A stretch of 64,000 bases of DNA from an uncultured Desulfobacterales bacterium (GCA_964522695.1 CAZFWX010000001.1:1517-65516), one strand, 5' to 3'; shown: positions 47,951 through 57,204, counted from the first letter of the stretch. The notes: generated by a model from the sequence alone, not told the origin. Numbers and translations: made by a program.

Positions 47951-48364
47951 TTATTTACCTTTGTCATCCAGGGGGTAGCCGGCTTTTTCCCACTCCACCC
48001 AGCCGCCCTTCAGGACTGACACCTTGGTAAATCCCAATTCAACGAGTCTGCGTCCCACCCGGGAACTGGTGCCTTCGCCGGATCAGGCGCAATAAAGGAC
48101 AATCTCCTGGTCCGGGGCGTACTTTTTGGCCCAGACCTCTATCTTGCTGGCCTCTTCCCGCATTGCGCCCTTGATCTTTTTGGCGCTGCCCGCCCAATCC
48201 TTGGGGGCGCGCACGTCAATGATGGTCAGGCCCGGCTTCCCCAGGGCCGACTTGAGCTCGTCTTTGCTTATCAGGGGCGCATCCTTGGCCCCGGCCGTCT
48301 GCAACGGGGCCAGTAACAGCCCCAGGCAGATGGTCAGCATAAATAATTTTCTCCAGTGAAACAT
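47951..48364 (-). CDS. Exported single-domain rhodanese with an in-frame UGA (48083-48085) at the catalytic-Cys position; probable selenoprotein
   Basis: The ORF-track fragment ends ..EIVLYCA*. The same frame continues SGEGTSSRVGRRLVELGFTKVSVLKGGWVEWEKAGYPLDDKGK* to TAA at 47951-47953, which completes a typical rhodanese C-terminus. Confidence 0.65.
48058..48082 (-). other. Candidate bacterial SECIS-like hairpin immediately 3' of the rhodanese UGA
   Basis: mRNA UCCGG(C)GAA-GGCACCAG-UUCCCGGG folds to 8 bp with one bulge. Folded by hand only. Confidence 0.3.
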
Positions 48365-48366
48365 GG

Positions 48367-49200
48367 TTAACCCCGATTCAGCCGCCAGTCATATTTTTTG
48401 TAGGCCACCTTCAAGACGCCGGCGTTATCCTGGATAAAGGCAAGGTCTTCTTTATTATCCAGGTAACGGGCAATAAACCGCAAACGTTCCGCCTGGCTGG
48501 CCCCAAAGTCCCGGCCATACCATTTGAAGATGCTGGACAGGGAGATACTCATCCCGGACCGGTCGAGAACCGCGCCCCCTGAGTTTATGAAGGTTTGGGC
48601 GGCAATGGTGAGTTCCTCCTCCAGATTTTCGGGGGTATACACGTCGATGAAGGGGCATGAGGAAGACCCGCAGACCAGGGTGAAGTGGATGCGGGGATCG
48701 AGGAGCTCCACGATGAAGTTCAGCCGAGGGTCGCGGCCCCCAAAGCGCCGGAAGAAAGCATAGGGCGGACGGCGGTTACCCCGGAGAACGCCGTGCTCGA
48801 TGTCGTCGGGACTGAAGAGGTGACCGCCGATCTGGTAGTAGACCCGGCCGAAAAAATTCCAGATCTCTTTGACCGAATCTTTGACACCCAGGGCGATAAC
48901 CCCGTGGATGACGATGACATTGTACAGGTTGATCCAGAAGGCGATCCTTTCCTCCCGACGGGTCAGCACCCCCAGGTCCATGGTCTTCAGATTATGGCTC
49001 AGCTGCAAAAAATCCTGATATATCCCGGATTGGCCCATCCGTTCATAGGCCACCCTGCCGGTTCCGGCTTCGAAAAACGCCCCCCGCATGGCGGTCATGG
49101 CGCTCTTCAGTTGCGCAGCCATTTCCTGGGGGAAAAGCTGGGCGGCGGGTTCACCGTCATTTAAAAGGGTCTTCTTAAAAAGAAATCCCGGAGAAAACAC
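48367..49200 (-). CDS. DUF547 domain protein
   Basis: ERIAFWINLYNVIVIHGV motif. Confidence 0.8.
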   Translation of the reverse strand: MFSPGFLFKKTLLNDGEPAAQLFPQEMAAQLKSAMTAMRGAFFEAGTGRVAYERMGQSGIYQDFLQLSHNLKTMDLGVLTRREERIAFWINLYNVIVIHGVIALGVKDSVKEIWNFFGRVYYQIGGHLFSPDDIEHGVLRGNRRPPYAFFRRFGGRDPRLNFIVELLDPRIHFTLVCGSSSCPFIDVYTPENLEEELTIAAQTFINSGGAVLDRSGMSISLSSIFKWYGRDFGASQAERLRFIARYLDNKEDLAFIQDNAGVLKVAYKKYDWRLNRG

Positions 49201-49277
49201 TGGCTGTTCCTTCTGCCGCGCAAAAGCCAGATCATCCTGCGCCCGGCATTTACTCCAGCATATGGATCTGACCGGGG

Positions 49278-50630
49278 TTAGCGGCCGCGGCTTCTCTGGA
49301 AGGTGAACTCCACCGCCGCCTTTACCGGCTTCCCCTCTACTTCCAGAACAGGGTAGGCCAGGAAATTTATCGGGCCGGACTTGGGTCCCGGTTCAACCAC
49401 CAGATCGCGCCCGCGACTGAATTCGAAGCGATTGGCCGGATGGTGGCCGAAGTAGTAGGTGGCCAGATCCGCGTATTTGTTGCCTTCGCTGATGTCCACC
49501 GGCCACCATTTGCCTTCGGCATAAAATTCCGCCCAGCAGTGATAACCGTCAATGCCGCCGTCGTTGCGCTCCGAAGGGATCGCCGCGCCGATGGCGAAGC
49601 GGGCCGGCAGGCCTGTCGCCCTGGCCAGGGCAATGAAGTAGGCGTGAAAATCCGTGCAGTTGCCGGTGCGGGCGTCACAGGCGTAGACCGCGTCGCCCTT
49701 GCCCCAGCCCTCCCCGTATTTTATATAGCGCATGCGCTCGATGACGTGGTCATACAGGGCCCGGGCCCGCACCAGATCGCCCGTCTTGCCCTGAACGGCC
49801 TGCCGGGCCTCTTGCCGGAAGGTCTCATTGAGCGGCACCAGGCGCTCCGGTGCAAGATACTTGCCCGGGCCAGGAGTCGGCGCGGCATAGGGAGCTTTCT
49901 CGAGGCGCTTGACCTGATAGGCGATCTCAACTTTTTTCCCACTGTCCTCCGGGCCAAGTTCGAGGAACAGGACCCGGTTGCCGTGTTCCTGCTCCGTCAG
50001 AACGCTTTTTTTCCCCGGAACCTGCATGGCCTTGACCGTCACCGTCTGGAAGGCGTCGGTGGACGCCAGCGGCAGCCACATGCGGGCGGGGGCGGTGAGG
50101 GCAGGCAGCGTGGCCCGGTAGAAAAACTCGAACTCATCGCGTCCCCTGATAACCCCCAGGAGGCTTTCGGCAGCCCCCGTGACGGGAACGCGGCGCCAGG
50201 CGCCATCACTCTGCTGCTCCCAGGCGTAATAAGGCTTGCCGTTGAGCTTATGGACAATGGTTTCGGTGACCTTCATGCTCGCCGGATCGCCGGCAAGGAA
50301 AAAATCAACGTCATAGACGTCGCCGCTCACATCCACCAGGTCAACGCAGGCGAAATACCGGCCCTGGTCCAGCTTGGAAAGATACTCCGTATGGACCCGA
50401 ACCAGTTTCAGGCGCAGTTCCTTATCACCAAAGGCGAGCTTGAAATATCCTCCCCCCTGGCGGACCTGCTCTTCGATATGCCTCTCAATGCCTGCCTGGA
50501 TCTGGGCGGTCACCGGGGCGGGCTGGGGAGAGGCGAAAGCTGCCCGGGGGCCCGGCTTCTCTCCCGGAGCGCCCGGCGAACACACAACGCAAATTAGCAC
50601 CCCCGCTGCCGTCAGCGTTTTCCAGATCAT
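49278..50630 (-). CDS. Secreted transglutaminase-like (Cys-His-Asp core) protein
   Basis: Signal-like N-terminus. GNCTDFHAYFIALARATGLPARF core motif. Confidence 0.8.
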   Translation of the reverse strand: MIWKTLTAAGVLICVVCSPGAPGEKPGPRAAFASPQPAPVTAQIQAGIERHIEEQVRQGGGYFKLAFGDKELRLKLVRVHTEYLSKLDQGRYFACVDLVDVSGDVYDVDFFLAGDPASMKVTETIVHKLNGKPYYAWEQQSDGAWRRVPVTGAAESLLGVIRGRDEFEFFYRATLPALTAPARMWLPLASTDAFQTVTVKAMQVPGKKSVLTEQEHGNRVLFLELGPEDSGKKVEIAYQVKRLEKAPYAAPTPGPGKYLAPERLVPLNETFRQEARQAVQGKTGDLVRARALYDHVIERMRYIKYGEGWGKGDAVYACDARTGNCTDFHAYFIALARATGLPARFAIGAAIPSERNDGGIDGYHCWAEFYAEGKWWPVDISEGNKYADLATYYFGHHPANRFEFSRGRDLVVEPGPKSGPINFLAYPVLEVEGKPVKAAVEFTFQRSRGR

Positions 50631-50680
50631 CGTTTTCCCGTAGAGCCTGGGCTGTCAATACCGCTAGCGGACGGCAAGCC

Positions 50681-50923
50681 TCACTTCGGATGCTCGGACT
50701 TCTTTTCCCCTGCCTTGGGGTGCTCAGGTTTTTTTTCCTCAGCCTTGGGATGTTCAGATTTCTTTTTCTCCTTCTCCGCTGACGGGTCCTCCTTCTTCTT
50801 TTCCCCGGCGGGGTGCTCCGTTTTTTTCGGATCTTCCGTCTTGGTCGGCTGGGCCAGGCTCGCACCCGAAAGGAATACGAGAACTGCGAACGACAGAAGT
50901 ACGACACTCAAACCTTTGATCAT
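50681..50923 (-). CDS. Small secreted Lys/Glu/His-rich repeat protein (KK-x-EHPK repeats)
   Basis: Signal peptide ..SGASLA|Q. Four or more copies of a (E/K)KK(T/S/P)EHP(K/A) unit. Confidence 0.6.
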   Translation of the reverse strand: MIKGLSVVLLSFAVLVFLSGASLAQPTKTEDPKKTEHPAGEKKKEDPSAEKEKKKSEHPKAEEKKPEHPKAGEKKSEHPK

Positions 50924-51078
50924 TTGCCGTCTCCTTATTTTCCGGGCTGATGGTTTCCGCCAGCCCCATGGTTATTCTCATTTACAGTAATTCTCGCGGG
51001 CATTGCCGGCCATGGTAAAAAATAACCATTTTAATCGAACAGATGACAGGCGGCTCTTTCGCCTCCCTTGCCTGCCCC

Positions 51079-52080
51079 TTAATCCGGCAGTCTGACGATG
51101 GTCCGGCCCTGGTGCCGCCGGCTGAGAATGAGCTCGATCTGGGCCTCGAGCCTGTCTAAGGGGATCTCCGTGGTGAGTTTCTCCAGATGGGGAAGTTTCC
51201 AGACGGTGGCGATCTTCTCCCACACCTGGCGGCGCCGGGGCATGGGGCAGTTCTGGGAATCGATGCCCATGAGGGTGACGCCCCGCAGGATGAAGGGGTA
51301 GACCGTGAGGGGCAGGTCCGGGGAGGCTGCGTTGCCGCAGCAGGTGACGCCGCCGCCGTATTGCACCGAACGGATGGTGGTGACCAGCAAGGGCCCGCCC
51401 ACGGTGTCCACCGCGCCGGCCCAGCGGGCCGCCAAAAGAGGCCGGCTGCCGGTGTCCGTGGCCTCCTGGGCGCTGATCACCTCGTGCGCGCCCAATTCCT
51501 TTAAGTAGTCCGCCGTTTCCGGCCGGCCGCTCGCCGCGGTCACCGCATAGCCTTCTAATGCCAGGAGAGAGACGGCGATGCTGCCCACCCCGCCCGTAGC
51601 GCCGGACACCAGGACCTTCCCCTGCTCGGGCCTGACGCCGTACTCCATCAGGCGGAACACGGACAAGGCCCCGGTGAAGCCCGCGGTGCCATAAATCATG
51701 GACTCCCGCAGGGACAGCCCCTCGGGCCGCTTCAGCACCCAGGCCGCGGGCACCCGGATATACTGCCCGAAGCCGCCCGGGGTGTTCATGCCCAGATCAT
51801 AGCTGGTGACAATGACTTCGTCTCCCGGCTGAAAATCGGGGCTGAGGCTGGCCTCCACCACCCCGGCGGCGTCGATGCCCGGGGTATGGGGGTAGGTTTT
51901 GGTCACTCCCTTGTTGCCCGTGGCCGACAGCACGTCCTTGTAGTTGAGGGACGAATACCTGACCCGGACCAGGACCTCGCCCTCGGGAAGATCGCTGATG
52001 CGCCTTTTCCCGATTTCCCGGAGATAGCGCTGGTCCTCCGTTTCCGTGACCACCAGGGCCTGAAAAGAATTATCCTGCAT
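51079..52080 (-). CDS. yhdH: YhdH/AcuI-family NADPH-dependent quinone/acrylyl-CoA reductase (MDR superfamily)
   Basis: VRYSSLNYKDVLSATGNKGVTKTYPHTPGIDAAGVV signature. Confidence 0.8.
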   Translation of the reverse strand: MQDNSFQALVVTETEDQRYLREIGKRRISDLPEGEVLVRVRYSSLNYKDVLSATGNKGVTKTYPHTPGIDAAGVVEASLSPDFQPGDEVIVTSYDLGMNTPGGFGQYIRVPAAWVLKRPEGLSLRESMIYGTAGFTGALSVFRLMEYGVRPEQGKVLVSGATGGVGSIAVSLLALEGYAVTAASGRPETADYLKELGAHEVISAQEATDTGSRPLLAARWAGAVDTVGGPLLVTTIRSVQYGGGVTCCGNAASPDLPLTVYPFILRGVTLMGIDSQNCPMPRRRQVWEKIATVWKLPHLEKLTTEIPLDRLEAQIELILSRRHQGRTIVRLPD

Positions 52081-52230
52081 GAGCCCCTCCCCTCCCGGCG
52101 GCGCCGGGACGAAAAATGGTTTTTCAATGAATTTTTGCCTATTGTATCAAACGTTGTGTTGTCAGGGAGAGATTCTGGGTAAGGTGAGGCCCCAGGAAAC
52201 GGCGCATCTTGCCACAGGAGGGTCGGGCGC

Positions 52231-52980
52231 ATGAAAAATTTGGAATTGGCGGCTATCAAGGAAAATCTGCCCCTTGCCGGGCTCAGCCAGGGGCAGATCC
52301 GGGAACTGCAGGCCGCGCTTTGCCGCCTGGGGTATCCGGTGGGGCGGATTGACGGTTTGTGGGGCCCCAGGACCCGCAATGCCTGGGCGGAATTCGCGGC
52401 CGACAGCCAGGCCGGCCAGCCCGGGGCCATCGGCCCGGCGTCAGTGGCGGCGCTGCAACGGCAACTGGAGGAGATGGGAGCGGGAAAGGCTCGCGACTTT
52501 TCCACCCGGGCTGGCGCAGTGGCGGCCATTCAGTCTGAATGCCGGGCCCAGGGGATCGGGCTCTTCACCCAGATTGCCTATGTGCTGGCCACGGTGGAGT
52601 GGGAGACCAATGACACCTTTCAACCCGTGAAAGAGGCCTATTGGCGGGACGAGGACTGGCGGCGCCGCCATTTAGGCTATTTTCCCTACTATGGCCGCGG
52701 TTACGTGCAACTGACCTGGAAGAACAACTATGCGACGTATTCGCAAATTTTAGGGATAGATCTGGTCAATCACCCGGACAGGGCCATGGAGTGTGACATT
52801 GCCGTGTTTATCCTGGTGCACGGCTTCAAAACGGGGACATTCACCGGCAGGAAGATCAGTGATTATATCAATGAAAGGAAAAAAGATTTTTTCAATGCCC
52901 GGCGCTGCATCAATGGTTTGGATCGTGCGGCGGAAATTGCCCGGTTAGCGGAAAGATATCTTCAGAATATGCCTGAATGA
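52231..52980 (+). CDS. Peptidoglycan-binding domain + GH19-like (chitinase/endolysin-type) muramidase
   Basis: N-terminal PG_binding_1-like region (LQAALCRLGYPVGRIDGLWGPRTRNAW). C-terminal YFPYYGRGYVQLTWKNNY, typical of GH19-type lysozymes. Confidence 0.7.
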   Translation: MKNLELAAIKENLPLAGLSQGQIRELQAALCRLGYPVGRIDGLWGPRTRNAWAEFAADSQAGQPGAIGPASVAALQRQLEEMGAGKARDFSTRAGAVAAIQSECRAQGIGLFTQIAYVLATVEWETNDTFQPVKEAYWRDEDWRRRHLGYFPYYGRGYVQLTWKNNYATYSQILGIDLVNHPDRAMECDIAVFILVHGFKTGTFTGRKISDYINERKKDFFNARRCINGLDRAAEIARLAERYLQNMPE

Positions 52981-53024
52981 GTTTTTTAATTATGACCTTT
53001 CTGGGGCTTCTGCCTCCCACTTAA

Positions 53025-53085
53025 TTAAAGGGGGTCAGGAGAGACGGGTGTCCACTAATCTTGATCTCGCCCGATCCCCCTTTAA
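53025..53085. repeat. 10-bp inverted repeat TTAAAGGGGG..CCCCCTTTAA (family-A-related arms) between convergent genes
   Basis: Read directly from the sequence. Confidence 0.4.
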
Positions 53086-53276
53086 TAAATGGGTGTTGTT
53101 GATAACTTCCTGGTAAGGACCTGTGATCTAAAACAAACCTTGTCAACATCGCTACACTATGATTTACAGCCTTTTCCTCGGAACCTATTTTCTCATTACC
53201 TGGCTTTGGTTATGGCCCCCGTTGTCCCCACGAAACTGCTGCCGGCTTCATGAAACATCCGTTTATGGGGTCAGGC

Positions 53277-53984
53277 TCACTGGTTAATGCTGGCCTGCTG
53301 TGAATTCTGGGGAACATCTTTTAGCGGGGGCTGGCAATACCGGCACTGAACGTATCCTCTAGTCTGGGCCTCCTGCACGGAAGTGAATTCCAACACATTT
53401 CCGGGCGCAATCTGCTTCACCCATTGGCAATGGGGATAATGGTATTTATTGGACGTTTTGGAGCCCACATATTTGACCAGGACTGGCAGGCCATGGGGCG
53501 GGTTGGCCGCCGCGGCCGTCTGCACAAACCCGCTCTGGCCATTGGCGGTATTGCTCCGGGAACCGGCCAGGACCACCGCCATGCCCTTGGCCATCTGCTT
53601 GGGGTCGCTCAAGGTCAGCAGGGTTCCGGCCCGGCCATCGGTCAATCTGTCGCCGTTGCTGCCGGCAAACAAACCATTGCGCTCACCGGTCCGGACGGAG
53701 GCGTCCAGGGGTTTCGCCAATTGAGCGGAGACGGCTTTACCGGCAGGCGGCAACGGCGCCTGGGTCTCCTGAACAAAGAGTCCGGGCCGGCAAAGCGGCT
53801 TGCTGATCATGTACCCCAAACCGGCGACGTTCAGCACCGCTAGAATGACCAGCAGAAATCTCAATTTGGTGATGCGGGTTTTCAGAATGGAGATTTGTGT
53901 CCCCTGCACCCTTTGAAAAAATGCCACCTTATCCTTAGCAGGCTTGCGCTGAAAGAATTTTTCACCCACCGCAGCGTTCCCCAT
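53277..53984 (-). CDS. Membrane-anchored protein with C-terminal Ada-Zn/'sunset'-type Cys/His motif
   Basis: One TM segment (LRFLLVILAVLNVAGLGYMI). C-terminal KYHYPHCQWVKQI..N..F....EA...GY..CRYCQP. Confidence 0.6.
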   Translation of the reverse strand: MGNAAVGEKFFQRKPAKDKVAFFQRVQGTQISILKTRITKLRFLLVILAVLNVAGLGYMISKPLCRPGLFVQETQAPLPPAGKAVSAQLAKPLDASVRTGERNGLFAGSNGDRLTDGRAGTLLTLSDPKQMAKGMAVVLAGSRSNTANGQSGFVQTAAAANPPHGLPVLVKYVGSKTSNKYHYPHCQWVKQIAPGNVLEFTSVQEAQTRGYVQCRYCQPPLKDVPQNSQQASINQ

Positions 53985-54413
53985 GATACCGGTCTCCTCG
54001 TCCCCGCGAAAAGATTGCTTGGTTGCCCCTTAAGCCAATTACCAGGCATTGGCGCCGATGCTGCCCCTTACCTGATGACCATTTCCGCACCTTTCCTAAA
54101 TTGGGGTTTTCCTTGAGGGCTGGGTGAAGATCTCTGCTCCTGTTCAGGAAATCAACCATATTTTGACGCTGCACCATGAATGTAAGCCTTGAGCCCTGCG
54201 GTCTTTCAGGGAACCCGATTGGTTGGCAGCCGGGATCCGGGTCCGCAAGGTCAGATTGTTTGCCATATTAAAAGCAAAAAATGGGCCAAGGCCAGGGCGG
54301 CTATGAGGTGACTCGGGGGTATGACATAGGCAACATATTGAATGCCTAAAGTTTTCCAAAATATCAGGCCCGGCCGGAGGAATGCATTTTCAGGAAAAAC
54401 GGGAAAACACCTT

Positions 54414-54443
54414 CTTAAAACCCTGAGTCCGGCCTCAGGGTTT
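54414..54443 (-). terminator. Rho-independent terminator on the minus strand (CCCTGAG-gccgga-CTCAGGG + UUUUAAG)
   Basis: Perfect stem (10 bp when the A/U extension is included) followed by a U-run when read on the minus strand. Lies about 520 nt beyond the dsrE-like stop. Confidence 0.5.
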
Positions 54444-54964
54444 GTCCCGGGGCAGACTCAGTGATCTTCCTGTTTTTATTCAGATTATTGATACGGGTCT
54501 TCTGCTTTGGCGAGAAATTCTCTTCTCGCGAGAATTATTCCATGCCCCCCCGGAACCTGCAATGGCCCGGGGCTGTCTGCCGCACCTTTGGCCACACCTA
54601 TGCCCGCGGGATCATGCCAGACAGACTCAATCACTGATTCTTATTTAATTCAAGATAGTTATTGACATAGGAGCTTTGCGGCTCCACTTGATCACCCCGT
54701 CCAGCGGCACTGGCGTGCCTCCTGCGTCCAGGAGGAGGGCTCCAGGGTCGGCCTCGCCCCTGCTGACGATAACCTCGTGACAGTTTTGCAGGATCCGGGC
54801 CAAAGCGCGCCAGTGACCGGCATGACGGAGCCTCCACCGTCCGATGGCGGGGCACGGGATGGCGGCCGGCGCCGCCAGGCAGGGGAAACGGGGGGGCAGG
54901 AACATTTCCGGGGCGGGCTGATAACCCGCCCCGGCATGATGGGCAACCGGCAATCAGGAAGGCA

Positions 54965-55408
54965 TCAGGTGAACAGGCACAGCTTGGCGTCTTTGGCGTA
55001 CCTCAGGAACTCCTCGGCATTCCAGATGGCGATGCCTTCTATGAAATCCTCGTCCTTGAACTCCATCATGTCAATGGTCATGCGGCAGGCGATGAGCTCC
55101 ACGCCCTCGATCTGGGCCATCTCCATAAGGTCCGGCAAAGCCGGAATCTGGGCCTTTTCGGCCTTTTTCTTCATCATGGCCGTGGCGATGGTGGACATGC
55201 CGGGCACCGCGCCCATGACCCCGGGGGGGATGAACTTGGCCTTCTCCACACCGCCTTTGAGCACCAGGTTGACACCCATGAAGGTATAGAAGACCTTGGC
55301 TTCCATGCCCAGCCGGGCGGCGTTGATGCCCAGAATTAAAGACGGGTAGGCCCCGTCCAGGGTGTCCCGGGAACAGATGAAACAGGCCCTTTCTTTCTTC
55401 TCGCTCAT
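54965..55408 (-). CDS. DsrE/DsrF-like sulfur-relay family protein
   Basis: ACFICSRDTLDGAYPSLILGINAARLGMEAKVFYTFMGV is typical of the DsrE2/'peroxiredoxin-like' DsrE family. Confidence 0.75.
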   Translation of the reverse strand: MSEKKERACFICSRDTLDGAYPSLILGINAARLGMEAKVFYTFMGVNLVLKGGVEKAKFIPPGVMGAVPGMSTIATAMMKKKAEKAQIPALPDLMEMAQIEGVELIACRMTIDMMEFKDEDFIEGIAIWNAEEFLRYAKDAKLCLFT

Positions 55409-55469
55409 TTTTATGACTCCTTATTGCTTCTGCGGTTTTTTGTATTGATCGCCCTGAACTGCGGGGCGT

Positions 55470-55766
55470 CTACCCCCCGATGAATTTCCCCAGCACGTCA
55501 ACCATTTTGTTCATGCGGCTGAAGAGTTCTTCGGGGTCGGGTTTTTCGCTGATTTCGCTGTAGCACTTGAGGAGGTAGGCCTTGAGCACCAGGGCGCCCG
55601 CCGATTTGAGAGCAGACTGCACCGCCCGGACCTGGATGAGGATGTCTTCGCATTCCTTGCCGTCAACGATCATGCCCTGCAGGCCGCGGACCTGCCCCTC
55701 GATCTTTCGCAAGCGGGACACCACATTCCGCTGCATCTGCTCCTTGGTCTGCTCCATCAGTACCAT
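55470..55766 (-). CDS. csoR: CsoR/RcnR/CstR-family (DUF156) transcriptional repressor
   Basis: Start placed at MVLMEQTKE. RLRKIEGQVRGLQGMI signature. Two Cys residues (..GKECEDIL.. and ..LLKCYSE..) and no obvious W-X-Y-Z His. Confidence 0.8.
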   Translation of the reverse strand: MVLMEQTKEQMQRNVVSRLRKIEGQVRGLQGMIVDGKECEDILIQVRAVQSALKSAGALVLKAYLLKCYSEISEKPDPEELFSRMNKMVDVLGKFIGG

Positions 55767-55889
55767 GGTTCCCCCTGTTCTTTTTGAGTCAGGCGCCGGC
55801 CGGCTTGCGCCCGTCGTTGACCACCGCACACTGAACCCAATGTCCACGGCATTGGAGTACAGCGAAGAGGACAACCGGGTCGGTTGTCC

Positions 55890-56944
55890 CTAGATGTTGG
55901 TCCCGGTGGAGGTGACTTTGCTGTTGAAACCGTGGACGTACCCACGTTGATGATGAACCGGTCGGTGATCTCATAGCCCGCCCCCACGCTGAGATGATGC
56001 TCCGTGACGGCCGGGAAGCCGATGTTCCGGAAGGTTTCAAAGTAGTATTGGGGAATGTATTGGCCCTGCAGGTATACCGGGGTGAGGCCGTTGTCCCCCC
56101 GGTGCTCCTTGACGGGATTATTGCCATAATTATACCCCGCCCGCAAGGACAACTTGGGAATGGGTTTATACTGCACGCCGAAGTTGACCATAATCTGATC
56201 TTGCCAGTCAAAGTCGCCGTAACCGGCCGCGCCCGACCAGTTGAGCCATTTGATGTTGGCCTCCAGGAGCAGCTGCTCGGGGAAGGGCTCATAAGCCACG
56301 CCAAAGCCCAAGGTGTGCGGGGATTCCAGCACCAGATCGTCCCGGCGGCCGTTTTGATCGAAGTCCAGGACCTTATTGAGGGCGAAGCCCAGGGACAGCC
56401 AGGGCAGCGGCTGATAGGCCACCGTGGGCGCGAACTTCATGATCATGAGATCGGTGAAGGCGCCCGCGGTCAGAGGGGGGCCCATGGGGAAGAAGGCCCG
56501 GTCCAGGGGGGTGTCCAGGTAATTGACCCCCTGCCCCGAGATGCCGTAAGCGCCGAAGCCGAAGCGCCATCTAGGCAGTTCCGCGAAGTTCCAGGATATA
56601 CCCATAGTGGGTATTTGTTAAATGCGATGCTCACTGGTGGATTGGCAGAACTGGGGGCCGTTCGTGAACGAGGCCCGCACCGTGGGCATGAACAGCGTGC
56701 CGGCGAAGTCCACCTGGGAACTGGGGCAGAAGGATCCGAAGCACATGCTGGCGGGATTGGCAAAGACCGCGCTGATGGCGTCCTGGGGCGCGGCGATGCC
56801 GACTCCGCCCATGGCCCGGGAAATGGGGCCGACGCCGATGAGATTATCGCCGTTGGTAGCCTGTGAGAAGGAAGGCACCATCACCAGGGCCAGGATGGCC
56901 AGGAGCCAGGGGAGCCGGCGAGTCGCCATAACCGCATACCTCAT
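55890..56944 (-). pseudogene. FadL/TodX-family outer-membrane transport porin interrupted by an in-frame TAA and a probable 1-nt frameshift
   Basis: The N-terminal ORF (signal peptide, NGDNLIGVGPISRAMGGVGIA..) and the C-terminal ORF are in the same frame, separated by TAA at 56618-56620. Near 55938 the barrel-like sequence continues in another frame (..INVGYVHGFNSKVTSTGTNI*), while the open frame runs into csoR. Confidence 0.6.
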
Positions 56945-57149
56945 TAATTATTAACTCTACCCCAGTTTGGTATTTTTCCCCCTTTCTGTCAAGAAATTTT
57001 TTCCAAGAATTTGCTCCGGCAATTTCCCCTTCCCGTCATCCTACCCTACCACCTTTGCCCCTGCGCCTTGCAGTTTGGCTGGCGGCGTCCAGTCGGCCAC
57101 ACATTCCGGGTAATTTTTTCTTCCCGGCGTCCTTAACCTTTGGCTTTCC

Positions 57150-57166
57150 TGCGGCAAAATGCCGCA
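57150..57166. promoter_or_regulatory. Perfect inverted repeat TGCGGCA-aaa-TGCCGCA; candidate enhancer (UAS) for a sigma-54 activator
   Basis: Lies about 180 bp upstream of the -24/-12 element. Confidence 0.35.
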
Positions 57167-57204
57167 AAGGGGAGTTTTTCTCCCTTGTTGATAATAACTA
57201 ATCA

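Noticed and set aside
54645-54953. 102-codon minus-strand ORF after the dsrE-like gene as a real CDS
   Set aside because: It has no RBS or family motif that I can recognise, its composition is Pro/Ala/Arg-rich at the 5' end, and several frames are open here. It is kept only as part of the 'unassigned transcribed tail' finding.
56618-56620. In-frame stop in the FadL-like gene as programmed recoding (as with the two UGA cases)
   Set aside because: The codon is TAA, not TGA, and the gene also shows a frameshift near its 3' end. Decay is the simpler explanation.
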